Assembly (NCBI RefSeq): GCF_036639995.1
Contig: NZ_JAVWHO010000004.1
Location: 4,045-68,044, forward strand
Origin: Vagococcus sp.
GTDB taxonomy: Bacteria; Bacillota; Bacilli; Lactobacillales; Vagococcaceae
Reading direction: 5' to 3'
Length of the DNA: 64,000 nucleotides
The notes below the pieces were generated by a model. That model was not told the origin of the DNA. It worked only from the letters and a program-made list of their open reading frames with translations, and ran no database searches. Below, one piece after another: positions 28,898-38,694 of this stretch. Made by a program: the position numbers and the translations under genes. The number at the start of each line of letters is the position of its first letter. Position 1 is the first letter of the stretch.

Positions 28898-29923
28898 ATG
28901 GAAACGAAGATAATCCATCCAAACAACATAAAAGAAGCCGTTGATGCTATAAAAAGAGGGGAACTTGTTTCGTTTCCAACTGAAACAGTGTATGGACTTG
29001 GAGCAGACGCGACTAACGAAACAGCAGTTAAGCAAGTGTATCTAGCTAAAGGAAGACCTAGTGATAATCCACTTATCGTTCATATTTCAAATAAAGAGCA
29101 AGTCAATGAGTTTACAAATGATATACCAGAAAAGGCCCAACAATTAATGGATGCTTTTTGGCCAGGTCCATTAACGCTGATATTTAACTTAAAAGATACT
29201 TCAGTGTTACCTTCTGTTGTAACAGGTGGACTTCAAACAGCAGCTTTTAGAATGCCAAACAATGAGTTAACGTTACAATTAATTGAGCAGTCTAACACCG
29301 TTTTAGTAGGACCTAGCGCAAACACTTCTGGCTTACCTAGCCCAACAACAGCCAAGCATGTTTACCATGATTTGAATGGTAAAATCTTTGGCGTTTTAGA
29401 CGGTGGTGCTTGCCAAGTAGGAGTAGAGTCGACTGTTTTAGATATGACTAGCGTTGACGGTGTACCAATTATTTTAAGACCGGGTGCGGTTACGAAAGAT
29501 CAGTTAAGTGAGTTGATTGGTGACGTACAAATGGATCGACATATATTAAGTGAAGGCGAAGCACCGAAAGCTCCAGGTATGAAATATAAACATTATTCAC
29601 CAAATACACCTGTTATTATGATCAATAATCAGTTAAATAATTGGCAAGAAGCCATTGATTTTTATCATGAAACAGGAAAAAATGTGGGGATTTTAAGTAG
29701 TGAAGCTACGAGAAAAAAACTTGAAAATTACACGTCATTTTATAAGCTCTCAGAAATAGCAGATGTATCAGAAGCAATGAGACATTTATTTGCAGGATTA
29801 AGAGAGTTGGATCAACCAGAGAAAAAAATTGATGTGATTTTAGCAGAAACATTTAATGAAGAAGATAAGGGGTTAGCTTATATGAATCGCTTAAAAAAAG
29901 CTGCCAATCAAAAATTTTTTTAA
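28898..29923 (+). CDS. sua5: L-threonylcarbamoyladenylate synthase (Sua5/YwlC)
   Basis: FPTETVYGLG, KGRPSDNPLI, PSAN.SG, APGMKYKHY and the Sua5 C-terminal domain. Confidence 0.96.
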   Translation: METKIIHPNNIKEAVDAIKRGELVSFPTETVYGLGADATNETAVKQVYLAKGRPSDNPLIVHISNKEQVNEFTNDIPEKAQQLMDAFWPGPLTLIFNLKDTSVLPSVVTGGLQTAAFRMPNNELTLQLIEQSNTVLVGPSANTSGLPSPTTAKHVYHDLNGKIFGVLDGGACQVGVESTVLDMTSVDGVPIILRPGAVTKDQLSELIGDVQMDRHILSEGEAPKAPGMKYKHYSPNTPVIMINNQLNNWQEAIDFYHETGKNVGILSSEATRKKLENYTSFYKLSEIADVSEAMRHLFAGLRELDQPEKKIDVILAETFNEEDKGLAYMNRLKKAANQKFF

Positions 29924-29985
29924 GATAACATAAAAAACTAATACTGTGTTACAATGTGGGTAAATAATGAATGTGAGGTGCTTTT

Positions 29986-31224
29986 ATGGATTACAAGAAG
30001 TCAGATGCTGTTTTATGGGATGCTATTGAAAATGAGAAAAATCGTCAAGAGAACACAATTGAATTAATTGCGTCGGAGAATTTTGTATCAGAAGCTGTTA
30101 TGGCGGCACAGGGTAGTGTATTAACAAATAAATATGCTGAAGGTTACCCTGGCAGACGTTATTATGGTGGCTGCGAATTTGTGGATATTGCAGAAAATTT
30201 AGCTATTGATCGTGTCTGTGATCTATTTAATGCTAAGTTTGCTAATGTACAACCTCATTCCGGTTCTCAAGCTAATACAGCGGCTTATCTGTCATTAGTT
30301 GAACCTGGTGACACAATTATGGGGATGGACTTGACTGCAGGTGGTCACTTAACACATGGTTCCCCAGTAAACTTTAGTGGGAAAACATACAATTTTGTTT
30401 CATATGGTGTGGACCCTGTCACAGAAGTGATTGATTATGAAGTTGTTAAAATTTTAGCTAGAAAACATCAACCTAAATTGATTGTTGCTGGTGCAAGTGC
30501 ATATTCAAGAGAAATTGATTTTAAACGTTTTAAAGAAATCGCAGATAGCGTTGGGGCAAAATTAATGGTGGACATGGCGCATATTGCAGGACTTGTTGCA
30601 ACTGGATTACATCAAAATCCTGTGGACTATGCTGATATTGTGACGTCAACCACACATAAAACATTAAGAGGCCCTCGTGGTGGGGTTATTCTAACCAATG
30701 ATCCTGATTTAGCCAAAAAAATAAATAGTAATATTTTCCCTGGTATTCAAGGTGGCCCGTTAGAGCATGTGATTGCAGCAAAAGCCGCAGCTTTTAGAGA
30801 AGCCCTTTTACCTGAGTTTAAGCTTTATACAGAACAAGTGGTAAGCAATGCTAAAGTGATGGCTCGTGTCTTTAACCAATCAACAGGTCCAAGATTAATT
30901 AGTGGAGACACTGATAATCATCTGTTATTAATAGATGTGACAGGATTTGGTTTAACTGGAAAACAAGCAGAAGCCATTTTAGACAATGTTCATATCACGG
31001 TTAATAAAAATACAATTCCTTTTGAAAGTCGTAGTCCATTTGAAACAAGTGGTATCAGAATTGGAACACCAGCGATTACAACAAGAGGATTTAAAGAAGA
31101 AAGCGCACAAAAAGTGGCAGAATTAATTATTCAAGCTCTAACTAATCATGAAAATGAAGATGAGTTAGAAAAAGTTCGTCAATCAGTGGCAGAATTAATT
31201 AAAGAACATCCACTATATAAATAA
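29986..31224 (+). CDS. glyA: Serine hydroxymethyltransferase
   Basis: [27 protein letters not shown]. Confidence 0.99.
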   Translation: MDYKKSDAVLWDAIENEKNRQENTIELIASENFVSEAVMAAQGSVLTNKYAEGYPGRRYYGGCEFVDIAENLAIDRVCDLFNAKFANVQPHSGSQANTAAYLSLVEPGDTIMGMDLTAGGHLTHGSPVNFSGKTYNFVSYGVDPVTEVIDYEVVKILARKHQPKLIVAGASAYSREIDFKRFKEIADSVGAKLMVDMAHIAGLVATGLHQNPVDYADIVTSTTHKTLRGPRGGVILTNDPDLAKKINSNIFPGIQGGPLEHVIAAKAAAFREALLPEFKLYTEQVVSNAKVMARVFNQSTGPRLISGDTDNHLLLIDVTGFGLTGKQAEAILDNVHITVNKNTIPFESRSPFETSGIRIGTPAITTRGFKEESAQKVAELIIQALTNHENEDELEKVRQSVAELIKEHPLYK

Positions 31225-31304
31225 TTTTTTTAGGTAATTGACTAGTCAATTACCTTTTTTTCCGTTACAATAGATTGGAATAAAATTTAAAGGAGAATCA
31301 CGAT

Positions 31305-31934
31305 ATGGGAAAATTTCAAGTTATTGATCATCCACTAATTCAACACAAGTTGACAATCATTCGCGACAAAAACTGTGGGACAAAGGTTTTTCGTGAAGTT
31401 GTAGATGAAATTGCTATGTTAATGGCTTATGAGGTATCTAGAGATATGCCTTTAGAAGATGTTGAAATTGAGACACCTATGGGAAAATCAACTCAAAAAT
31501 CTTTAACAGGAAAAAAAGTTGCCATTGTACCAATTTTACGTGCCGGTATGGGCATGGTAGACGGTATGTTGGAATTAATTCCTGCAGCAAAAGTAGGACA
31601 TGTTGGGTTGTATCGTGATGAAGAAACATTCGAACCAGTTGAGTACTTTGTTAAATTACCAACGGATATTGCGGAACGTCAACTATTCGTTGTTGATCCA
31701 ATGCTAGCAACAGGTGGTTCAGCTATCATGGCTATCGACTTGTTGAAAAAACGTGGCGCAACCAACATTAAATTTGTTTGTCTAGTTGCAGCTCCAGAAG
31801 GTGTTAAAGCTCTTCAAGAAGCACATCCAGATATTGATATTATCACAGCTGGATTAGATGAAAAATTAAATGAACATGGTTACATCGTTCCAGGATTAGG
31901 GGACGCAGGGGACCGTTTATACGGAACTAAATAA
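31305..31934 (+). CDS. upp: Uracil phosphoribosyltransferase
   Basis: [27 protein letters not shown]. Confidence 0.99.
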   Translation: MGKFQVIDHPLIQHKLTIIRDKNCGTKVFREVVDEIAMLMAYEVSRDMPLEDVEIETPMGKSTQKSLTGKKVAIVPILRAGMGMVDGMLELIPAAKVGHVGLYRDEETFEPVEYFVKLPTDIAERQLFVVDPMLATGGSAIMAIDLLKKRGATNIKFVCLVAAPEGVKALQEAHPDIDIITAGLDEKLNEHGYIVPGLGDAGDRLYGTK

Positions 31935-32052
31935 TTTTCAATTAAAAGGAGCTCCATTTAGAAAAATCTAGATGTAGTTCTTTTTTTATTTACATCAAAA
32001 ATCTACGAACTTTCTTTTCTGTTTATTTTTGATATACTAATAAAGAAAGTGA

Positions 32053-32766
32053 GTGAGTAAATACATGTTAACAATTAAAGACTTTTTAACAGCTGATTTA
32101 ACGTCAGTTTCTAACTTATTGCTTCAATATTATAAAAAAATTGGTATGACTAATAACGAGTTGCTTTTGTATTTACAACTTCTACGTTTTGAACAGCTTG
32201 GAAATTCTTTTCCCGATCTTGCAGAAATTGCCGAACCTATGGATATTTCAGTAGATGAGTTATTTCAAATATTACAATCTTTAATTGATAAAGGATTTGT
32301 TTCAATTGAAACACAGCTCAATAAACATGGTCAAACAGAAGACCGTTATGATTTGACATTATTTTATAACCGGTTGAGTCACTATTTAGAACAGCAAGAG
32401 ATAAAAACGGTTGAAAAGACTAATGAAAAAAGAGTCACTGATCTTTATCAAACCTTTGAAATAGAATTTGGACGTCCCTTGTCTCCAATAGAATTTGAAA
32501 CAATTCAAAGTTGGCTAACAACTGATTCATACGATGTTGAATTAATTGAATTAGCGTTACGTGAAGCGGTGTTAAATCAAGCTTATAGCTTGAAGTACAT
32601 TGACCGTATTTTATTAGCTTGGGAAAGAAAAAATCTAAAATCAAAACAAGATGTTCAAATGGATCAGAAAAAGAGATCTGCAAAAGTAGAGATGAAAGAG
32701 CAAGAGGAAAAAGAGGACGAGTTACCTTTTGTGCCATTATATAATTGGTTAAATCCAAAAAAGTAG
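32053..32766 (+). CDS. dnaD: Replication protein DnaD
   Basis: FEIEFGRPLSPIE and ALREAVLNQAYSLKYIDRILLAW (DnaD domain). Confidence 0.93.
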   Translation: MSKYMLTIKDFLTADLTSVSNLLLQYYKKIGMTNNELLLYLQLLRFEQLGNSFPDLAEIAEPMDISVDELFQILQSLIDKGFVSIETQLNKHGQTEDRYDLTLFYNRLSHYLEQQEIKTVEKTNEKRVTDLYQTFEIEFGRPLSPIEFETIQSWLTTDSYDVELIELALREAVLNQAYSLKYIDRILLAWERKNLKSKQDVQMDQKKRSAKVEMKEQEEKEDELPFVPLYNWLNPKK

Positions 32767-32781
32767 TTGGAGGTAAGACAG

Positions 32782-33435
32782 ATGTTGTCAGGTAAAAAAA
32801 CAGTAGAAGTATTGGATAGAATGGAGGAAATGTTTCCTGATGCTAAAGGAGAACTTGATCATGAAAGTCCTTTTCAATATTTGATTGCAGTTATTTTAAG
32901 CGCGCAAGCAACAGATGTTTCAGTGAATAAAGTGACTCCCATTTTATTTGATGCATATCCAACAGCTGAAAAATTAGCTAACGCACAACTGGATAGTGTG
33001 ATGGATAAAATTAGAACGATTGGCCTGTATAAAAATAAAGCGAAGAATATCATAAAAACCTCTCAACTACTTGTTGCAGATTATGATGGAGAGATTCCTC
33101 GAACAATTGAAGAGATGGTTAAACTTCCTGGTGTTGGTAAGAAAACAGCCAATGTGGTCGCTGGAGATATGTTTGGAGTTCCTGCCATTGCAGTAGATAC
33201 ACACGTCGAACGTGTCGCAAAACGTTTGCGGATATGTAAACAATCAGCATCTGTGATTGAAGTAGAAGAAGCTCTTATGAAGAAAATTCCAAAAGACAGA
33301 TGGGTTCAAGCACATCATACGATTATTTTATTTGGACGCTATCATTGTACAGCAAGAAGTCCTAAATGTGAAAAATGTCCGCTACTGGATATGTGTTTAG
33401 ACGGACAAAAAATAATGAAAAAGAGAAATGAGTGA
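32782..33435 (+). CDS. nth: Endonuclease III; start revised to ATG 32782
   Basis: LSAQATD, HhH LPGVGKKTANVV, VDTHV, Fe-S CTARSPKCEKCPLLDMC; GGAGG SD. Confidence 0.98.
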   Translation: MLSGKKTVEVLDRMEEMFPDAKGELDHESPFQYLIAVILSAQATDVSVNKVTPILFDAYPTAEKLANAQLDSVMDKIRTIGLYKNKAKNIIKTSQLLVADYDGEIPRTIEEMVKLPGVGKKTANVVAGDMFGVPAIAVDTHVERVAKRLRICKQSASVIEVEEALMKKIPKDRWVQAHHTIILFGRYHCTARSPKCEKCPLLDMCLDGQKIMKKRNE

Positions 33436-33456
33436 AAAAACTCATTTCTCTTTTTT
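33418..33456. terminator. Bidirectional terminator between nth and ponA
   Basis: AAAAAGAGAAATGAGT-gaaaaa-ACTCATTTCTCTTTTT. Confidence 0.8.
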
Positions 33457-33458
33457 TA

Positions 33459-35741
33459 TTATTTAGGAGGAGGCGTGCCGCCGTCGGTTTTGCCACCGTC
33501 GTCTTTGCCTCCATTATTATTGTTACCACCGTCATCTTTACCGCCATTGTTGTCATTACCACCGTCATCTTTACCACCATTATTATCATTACCACCATCA
33601 TCTTTGCCACCGTTATCACTACTACTTGTAGGTGGAGTAGGAGGAGGTGTTGATGATGAAGGAGTTGGTGTTGTAGGCGGTTCAGGTTTCTCAGATGGTT
33701 TAGCAATATCTGGAGCACTTGAACTTGATGTTGGTGCTATGTTTTGACTTGAACTATAGCTGTAATTACCGTAATTCTTAGTGCCTTGATTGCCAACATG
33801 GTCTTGAAGATAGACTTGATTACCAACTCGAACCACATCATCGGGTTGTTTCCAGTCAGAAGCTTCAAGGTTTTGGTATAAGAAGGTCATATAGTTACGA
33901 TAGATATCCATTGCTACTTGTTGATCTGACACAGGAATAGCATTGAAATAATCATCATAGCCTGTCCATACAGCAAATGAATACTTAGGTGTGTAGCCAA
34001 CAAATGAAATGTCAGGACTTCCATCACCCTTAACTTTAGGTAAGGCATCATCTGAATAGTTAGATGTTCCTGTTTTACCAGCTTGAATGATTTGCGGAAT
34101 TTGCGCATTCACACCAGTACCACGAGATATAACATCTTTTAACATATCAGTAATAATATAAGCAGTCGATTCTTTCATCGCTCGACTACCTTTTGGTTCA
34201 ATCTTTTCTTCAGTGCCATCTTCATAAACAATTTTGCTAACATAAGATGGGTCATAATAAACGCCACCATTAGCAAATGCTGCATATGAGGAAGCAAGTT
34301 GAACAGTCGAACCTTGCATAGAAATTGCAGTTGATTCGTACACATCATTTTTGAAGCCAAGTTTATGAATAAATTCTTTTGCTTTGTCATCGCCAACTTC
34401 TTTTTGTGCTTTTAAAGCAGGGATATTACGGGAGTCAACGAGTGATTCTCTCATAGTTAAACCGCCACGATAAGCACGGTCATAGTTATAAACTGGTGTT
34501 CCATCCGCGTATTTGTAAGGTTCATCAACAAATATTTCACCTGAACCATAGCTCAAGTCTTCAACAGCAGGACCGTAAGCTACTAAAGGTTTTGATGTTG
34601 ACCCAATATCACGTTTATTTTCAACGGCTCTATTTAAACCAAGTTGTGATTGTTCTTTTGCTTTACGACCACCAATTTGTGCTCTAACAGAACCCGTCTT
34701 CACATCTACTAAAGTACCAGCTGCTTGGAATTCATCATCTGGGAAATTAATAGAAGAGTTTTCATTGTTCATTAAATTATAAAGATAAGTCTGGGCTTCT
34801 AAATCCAGATTTGTATGAACTTCTAAACCATCTGTATAAATATTCTTTTTCGTTTTCTTTTGAACTTCTTTGATAACTTCATTGACATAGTTATCAGTGA
34901 CAACTTTCATTGTTGAATCTTCTTTAAGTGGAACAAGACCTTGATCCACTGGTTCAGCAATGGCAGCTTTGTAATCTTTTTCAGATATTTTTTTATCTTT
35001 GTACATTTCATTTAAGACCATATCACGTCTTTTTTTAGCTGCATCCTTATTGAGATAAGGGTCATAGCTATTAGGCGCTTGTGGAATACCAGCTAAAAGG
35101 GCATATTGAGAAAGTGATAAATCTTTAAACTCTTTGCCATAAAATGTCTCAGCCGCTGTTTTCATGCCATAAACACCATTAGACATATAAACACGGTTAA
35201 TATAATACGTTAAAATTTCATCTTTTGATTTTTTCTTTTCTAGTTCAACTGATAACCAAGCTTCTTGCGCTTTTCTTTTTAAGGTTTGGTCTTCCTTTTT
35301 ATGAGAATAATAAGAAAGTTTAATTAACTGTTGCGTTAATGTGCTACCACCTTGTGTGCTGTTTCCTTTAAGGTTAGAAAAGGCAGCACCAGCAATACGA
35401 ATAGGGTCTACACCGACATGTTTTTCAAAACGTTTATCTTCAATAGAAATAATAGCACCTTTTAAAGTAGGTGGAATTTCATTTGGGGCAATTGTTTCTC
35501 TGTTTTTCTCACCAAGAGTTAAGAAAACATTGCCTTTTGAATCAAGTAACGTAGAAGAACGCGTATCCTCTAATTTGGCGTAATCAAGCTTAGGAGCATC
35601 TTTTACATAGTAGAAGAAAGTAGCGCTCCCAATAATTAAAGGAATACAGATTAAAGAAAGTAAGACAATACAAGTAACAAGTATTGCTTTTCCTTTGTTT
35701 CGTTTTCTTTTGGGAGGTTGTCCCGTTGGTTCATTTCTCAT
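33459..35741 (-). CDS. ponA: Class A penicillin-binding protein PBP1A
   Basis: Transglycosylase EDKRF, GGSTLTQQL, RKAQE; transpeptidase STSK, SRN, KTG; operonic with recU. Confidence 0.97.
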   Translation of the reverse strand: MRNEPTGQPPKRKRNKGKAILVTCIVLLSLICIPLIIGSATFFYYVKDAPKLDYAKLEDTRSSTLLDSKGNVFLTLGEKNRETIAPNEIPPTLKGAIISIEDKRFEKHVGVDPIRIAGAAFSNLKGNSTQGGSTLTQQLIKLSYYSHKKEDQTLKRKAQEAWLSVELEKKKSKDEILTYYINRVYMSNGVYGMKTAAETFYGKEFKDLSLSQYALLAGIPQAPNSYDPYLNKDAAKKRRDMVLNEMYKDKKISEKDYKAAIAEPVDQGLVPLKEDSTMKVVTDNYVNEVIKEVQKKTKKNIYTDGLEVHTNLDLEAQTYLYNLMNNENSSINFPDDEFQAAGTLVDVKTGSVRAQIGGRKAKEQSQLGLNRAVENKRDIGSTSKPLVAYGPAVEDLSYGSGEIFVDEPYKYADGTPVYNYDRAYRGGLTMRESLVDSRNIPALKAQKEVGDDKAKEFIHKLGFKNDVYESTAISMQGSTVQLASSYAAFANGGVYYDPSYVSKIVYEDGTEEKIEPKGSRAMKESTAYIITDMLKDVISRGTGVNAQIPQIIQAGKTGTSNYSDDALPKVKGDGSPDISFVGYTPKYSFAVWTGYDDYFNAIPVSDQQVAMDIYRNYMTFLYQNLEASDWKQPDDVVRVGNQVYLQDHVGNQGTKNYGNYSYSSSQNIAPTSSSSAPDIAKPSEKPEPPTTPTPSSSTPPPTPPTSSSDNGGKDDGGNDNNGGKDDGGNDNNGGKDDGGNNNNGGKDDGGKTDGGTPPPK
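33492..33611 (-). repeat. 33-bp period coding tandem repeat (4x GGKDDGG, three with N-rich spacers) in the PBP1A C-terminal tail
   Basis: Protein SDNGGKDDGGNDNNGGKDDGGNDNNGGKDDGGNNNNGGKDDGGKTDGG; the copies differ at synonymous positions. Confidence 0.9.
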
Positions 35742-36367
35742 TTAAAATAGTCTCCTTCTCCAAAATATCGATCTAATGTTTCAAGATATGGAATTCTGGG
35801 TGAAAATCCTGGAATTATTTCGTATCCTTTTTTTTCAATATCTGATAAAGGAATCGATTTTCTTCCATTGGTGTATTTTTTTTTCCAAAATTCAATAACA
35901 AGGCTAGCTGGTACTAGAAAGTATCGTTTAATGGATGAAAAGCAGATTAAAACAAAAACAATACCCTGTTGGTTTAAGCACCTTTTCATATGAACAATTT
36001 GATGTTCATGGAAATTAGTCAGGGGAAAAGAAGTTTTGTTTTTTGTTTCTTTTGCTTCAAAATCAATATACCTACCTTTGTAAACACCATTATAATCAGT
36101 GGTGGAAGCTTCTTTGAAATAAGCTTCTTTAATGACTGCAGCACTTCTTTTAGGGTAGTCTACACTAACAATTTGAACTGGTGTAGGTTTCTTATGAATA
36201 ACTGCTATGTCTCTGTCTAGATAATATTGATTTGTTTGGTTTATCTCAGCCTCAAACGTCATCCCTCTATTCGCAAAATTTACAGGTCTTTTTTTCCCAG
36301 TATCTTTTTTTAGAGATGAAAGCTGATGAGAGCTTCCTTTCGGATAATTTATAGTCAGATATATCAC
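35738..36367 (-). CDS. recU: Holliday junction resolvase RecU
   Basis: NRGMTFE, HKKPTP, STTDYNGVYKG.YIDFEAKET. Confidence 0.98.
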   Translation of the reverse strand: MIYLTINYPKGSSHQLSSLKKDTGKKRPVNFANRGMTFEAEINQTNQYYLDRDIAVIHKKPTPVQIVSVDYPKRSAAVIKEAYFKEASTTDYNGVYKGRYIDFEAKETKNKTSFPLTNFHEHQIVHMKRCLNQQGIVFVLICFSSIKRYFLVPASLVIEFWKKKYTNGRKSIPLSDIEKKGYEIIPGFSPRIPYLETLDRYFGEGDYFK

Positions 36368-36534
36368 ACTCCTAGTCCGTATTATATCAAATCTTTAATT
36401 ACATTGAAAAGGAAATAAACAAAAACTTCATCATATATGCCCTTAATTTAAACAATTTTATAAATTTTTTAATAAAATAGTTGTGTTATATAGTAAAAAT
36501 CTTTATAGTAGACATGGATAGGACAACTTTCAGT

Positions 36535-36563
36535 TTGATTTATTAGGAATAATTAGATACAAT
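36535..36563 (+). promoter_or_regulatory. sigma-A-type promoter of gpsB
   Basis: TTGATT-N17-TACAAT. Confidence 0.6.
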
Positions 36564-36622
36564 TAGAACATTATGAAATGTAGGTTTTACTGGAGATAGT
36601 AATTAAAAATGAGGTGTATTAA

Positions 36623-37048
36623 TTGGCTAAGTTAGTGTATTCAGCTAGAGATATTTTACAAAAAGAGTTTAAAACCAAAGTTAGAGGCTATGACCCAATT
36701 GAAGTAGATGAATTTTTAGATAATGTCATTAAAGACTATGAAGCTTATAATCAAGAATTATTAGCATTAAAAGAAGAAAATCATCGATTAGTTAACAAAG
36801 TAGATCAGTTAACACAAAATCAAGCAACATTATCAAGAATGAAACAAGAAGCTCCTAAAACAACAGCTGTAACTAATTTTGATATTTTGAAACGTTTATC
36901 AAATTTAGAAAAACATGTTTTTGGTAGTAAATTAGAAGAGTCACCTATTTCAAGTGACATTTCTGAAAATGCTAAAAACACATTAAATAGCGCAGCTCAA
37001 AAAGTTTTAAATGATAACGACGATTTAGATGCAACAAGACGCTTTTAA
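36623..37048 (+). CDS. gpsB: Cell division regulator GpsB
   Basis: ILQKEFKTKVRGYDPIEVDEFLD and TNFDILKRLSNLEKHVFG. Confidence 0.97.
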   Translation: MAKLVYSARDILQKEFKTKVRGYDPIEVDEFLDNVIKDYEAYNQELLALKEENHRLVNKVDQLTQNQATLSRMKQEAPKTTAVTNFDILKRLSNLEKHVFGSKLEESPISSDISENAKNTLNSAAQKVLNDNDDLDATRRF

Positions 37049-37068
37049 ATATTATTAGAAATAATTGT

Positions 37069-37455
37069 CTGTAGTTTTCGGATAATCGCAGTCATCACTA
37101 GTTGATGGTTGAGGAAAGTCCATGCTCGCACAAACTGAGATGTTTGTAGTGTTCGTGCTTAATGAAAAAATAAGTTAAGGTACTCTTTATTAAAAGAGTA
37201 ACGGCAGAAAAAACAGCTAAGGCGTGAGCTATGCTGGAGTATTCTTGAAAGTGCCACAGTGACGAAGTAATTTTAGAAATAAAATTAGTGGAACGGGTAA
37301 ACCCCTCGAGCGAGCAACCCAAACTTATGGTAGGGGCACCTTTCTCAGGTAAATGAACTTAGAGAAGGGACAGAGAATTCTGTAGACAGATGATTATCGT
37401 TACTATTTTGTCCTGACAAATAGTAATACAGAACATGGCTTACAGAAAACTACAG
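37069..37455 (+). ncRNA. rnpB: RNase P RNA, bacterial type B
   Basis: GAGGAAAGTCCATGCTCGC, AGTGCCACAG, GGGTAAACCCC..GAGCAA, AGTAGACAGATG-like and ACAGAACATGGCTTA conserved boxes; P1 helix CTGTAGTTTTC/GAAAACTACAG; canonical gpsB-rnpB-ypsC position. Confidence 0.97.
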
Positions 37456-37466
37456 CTTTCAGGGTT

Positions 37467-37494
37467 GCCTTCCTTTATTTGGAAGGCTATTTTT
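37467..37494 (+). terminator. Probable terminator after rnpB
   Basis: GCCTTCC-tttattt-GGAAGGC followed by TATTTTT. Confidence 0.55.
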
Positions 37495-37535
37495 ATATAC
37501 AAAGACGACTATAAAACATAAAGGACGATAAAAAT

Positions 37536-38693
37536 ATGAAGGAATTTAAATTAGTTGCAACAGCAGCTAGTGGTATAGAAGCCTTAGTGGGAAAAGAATT
37601 AAGGAATTTAGGAATAGAATGTGATGTTGAAAACGGTAAAGCAATTTTTAATGGGGACCTTGAAACAATTGCAACTACAAATTTATGGTTAAGAACAGCA
37701 GATAGAGTAAAAATAATTGTCGCTGAATTTGAAGCAACTACTTTTGAAGAGCTTTTTGAACAAACAAAGGCCATTCACTGGGAGGATTTACTACCAATGG
37801 ATGCTGAATTTCCAGTTTCAGGAAAGTCAATTAAATCCACATTGTTTAGTGTCTCTGATTGTCAGGCAATTACTAAAAAAGCTATTGTTAATCGCTTAAG
37901 TGAGTACTATTCACGTTATGGTCGTTTACCTGAATCAGGAGCTAAATTTCCAATTGAAGTAGCTCTTTTAAAAGATAAAGTAACAATTACGTTAGATACA
38001 ACAGGACCAAGTCTTTTCAAACGTGGTTATCGTTTGGAAAAAGGTGGTGCACCGCTGAAAGAAAATATGGCAGCTGCTATTATAGAATTAACGAATTGGC
38101 GTAAAGAACGCCCATTTTATGATCCAGTTTGCGGATCCGGAACGTTTTGTATTGAGGCAGCCTTAATTGGCAGAAATATGGCACCTGGTTTCAATCGCGA
38201 CTTTATGTTTGAAGCGTGGCCTTGGGTGGATAAGAAAATTGTTGATAAGGTAAGAGATGCAGCAGAACAACAAGTGAATTATGATGTAGAGTTAGATATT
38301 TTAGGGACAGATATTGACCCAAGAATGATTGAAATTGCCAAAAGAAATGCTGAAGAAGTTGGTTTAGGAGATGACATTACTTTTAAACAAATGAATTTAA
38401 GTGATTTCACAACAGATAAAGAATATGGCGTGATTGTTGCGAATCCACCATATGGTGAGCGTTTAGGAGAAGAGGATAAAGTACGTGCCCTTTATAAAAT
38501 TATGGGACGCACGTATAAACCCTTAGATACTTGGAGTAAATACATTTTAACCAGTGATCTAACTTTTGAAACACATTATGGTAGCAAAGCAACTAAGAAG
38601 AGAAAACTTTATAATGGAGCACTTCGAACAGACTTATTCCAATACTGGGGCAAACGTCCACCAAGAAAACCAAGAGAAGAAAGTGTGAACTAA
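37536..38693 (+). CDS. rlmL: THUMP-domain rRNA methyltransferase (YpsC/RlmL-like)
   Basis: NLWLRTADRV, SLFKRGYR, APLKENMAA, DPVCGSGT, NPPYGERL. Confidence 0.9.
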   Translation: MKEFKLVATAASGIEALVGKELRNLGIECDVENGKAIFNGDLETIATTNLWLRTADRVKIIVAEFEATTFEELFEQTKAIHWEDLLPMDAEFPVSGKSIKSTLFSVSDCQAITKKAIVNRLSEYYSRYGRLPESGAKFPIEVALLKDKVTITLDTTGPSLFKRGYRLEKGGAPLKENMAAAIIELTNWRKERPFYDPVCGSGTFCIEAALIGRNMAPGFNRDFMFEAWPWVDKKIVDKVRDAAEQQVNYDVELDILGTDIDPRMIEIAKRNAEEVGLGDDITFKQMNLSDFTTDKEYGVIVANPPYGERLGEEDKVRALYKIMGRTYKPLDTWSKYILTSDLTFETHYGSKATKKRKLYNGALRTDLFQYWGKRPPRKPREESVN

Positions 38694-38694
38694 G

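Noticed and set aside
32006-32019. CGAACTTTCTTTTC upstream of dnaD-nth as a LexA box
   Set aside because: Only one half-site matches; too degenerate to call.
33492-33611. 33-bp periodicity considered as a possible CRISPR array
   Set aside because: No unique spacers, in-frame coding, synonymous divergence and no cas genes.
33362-33747. Three ORFs with repetitive sequence around the ponA 3' end (33362, 33432, 33475)
   Set aside because: Alternative frames of the GGKDDGG coding repeat, which has few stop codons; not independent genes.
36575-36606. NVGFTGDSN fragment as a possible ypsA relic
   Set aside because: Nine codons between stops, at the wrong end of the gap for an N-terminal SLOG motif; chance match.
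37098-37322. 74-aa minus-strand ORF
   Set aside because: Lies antisense within the RNase P RNA gene.
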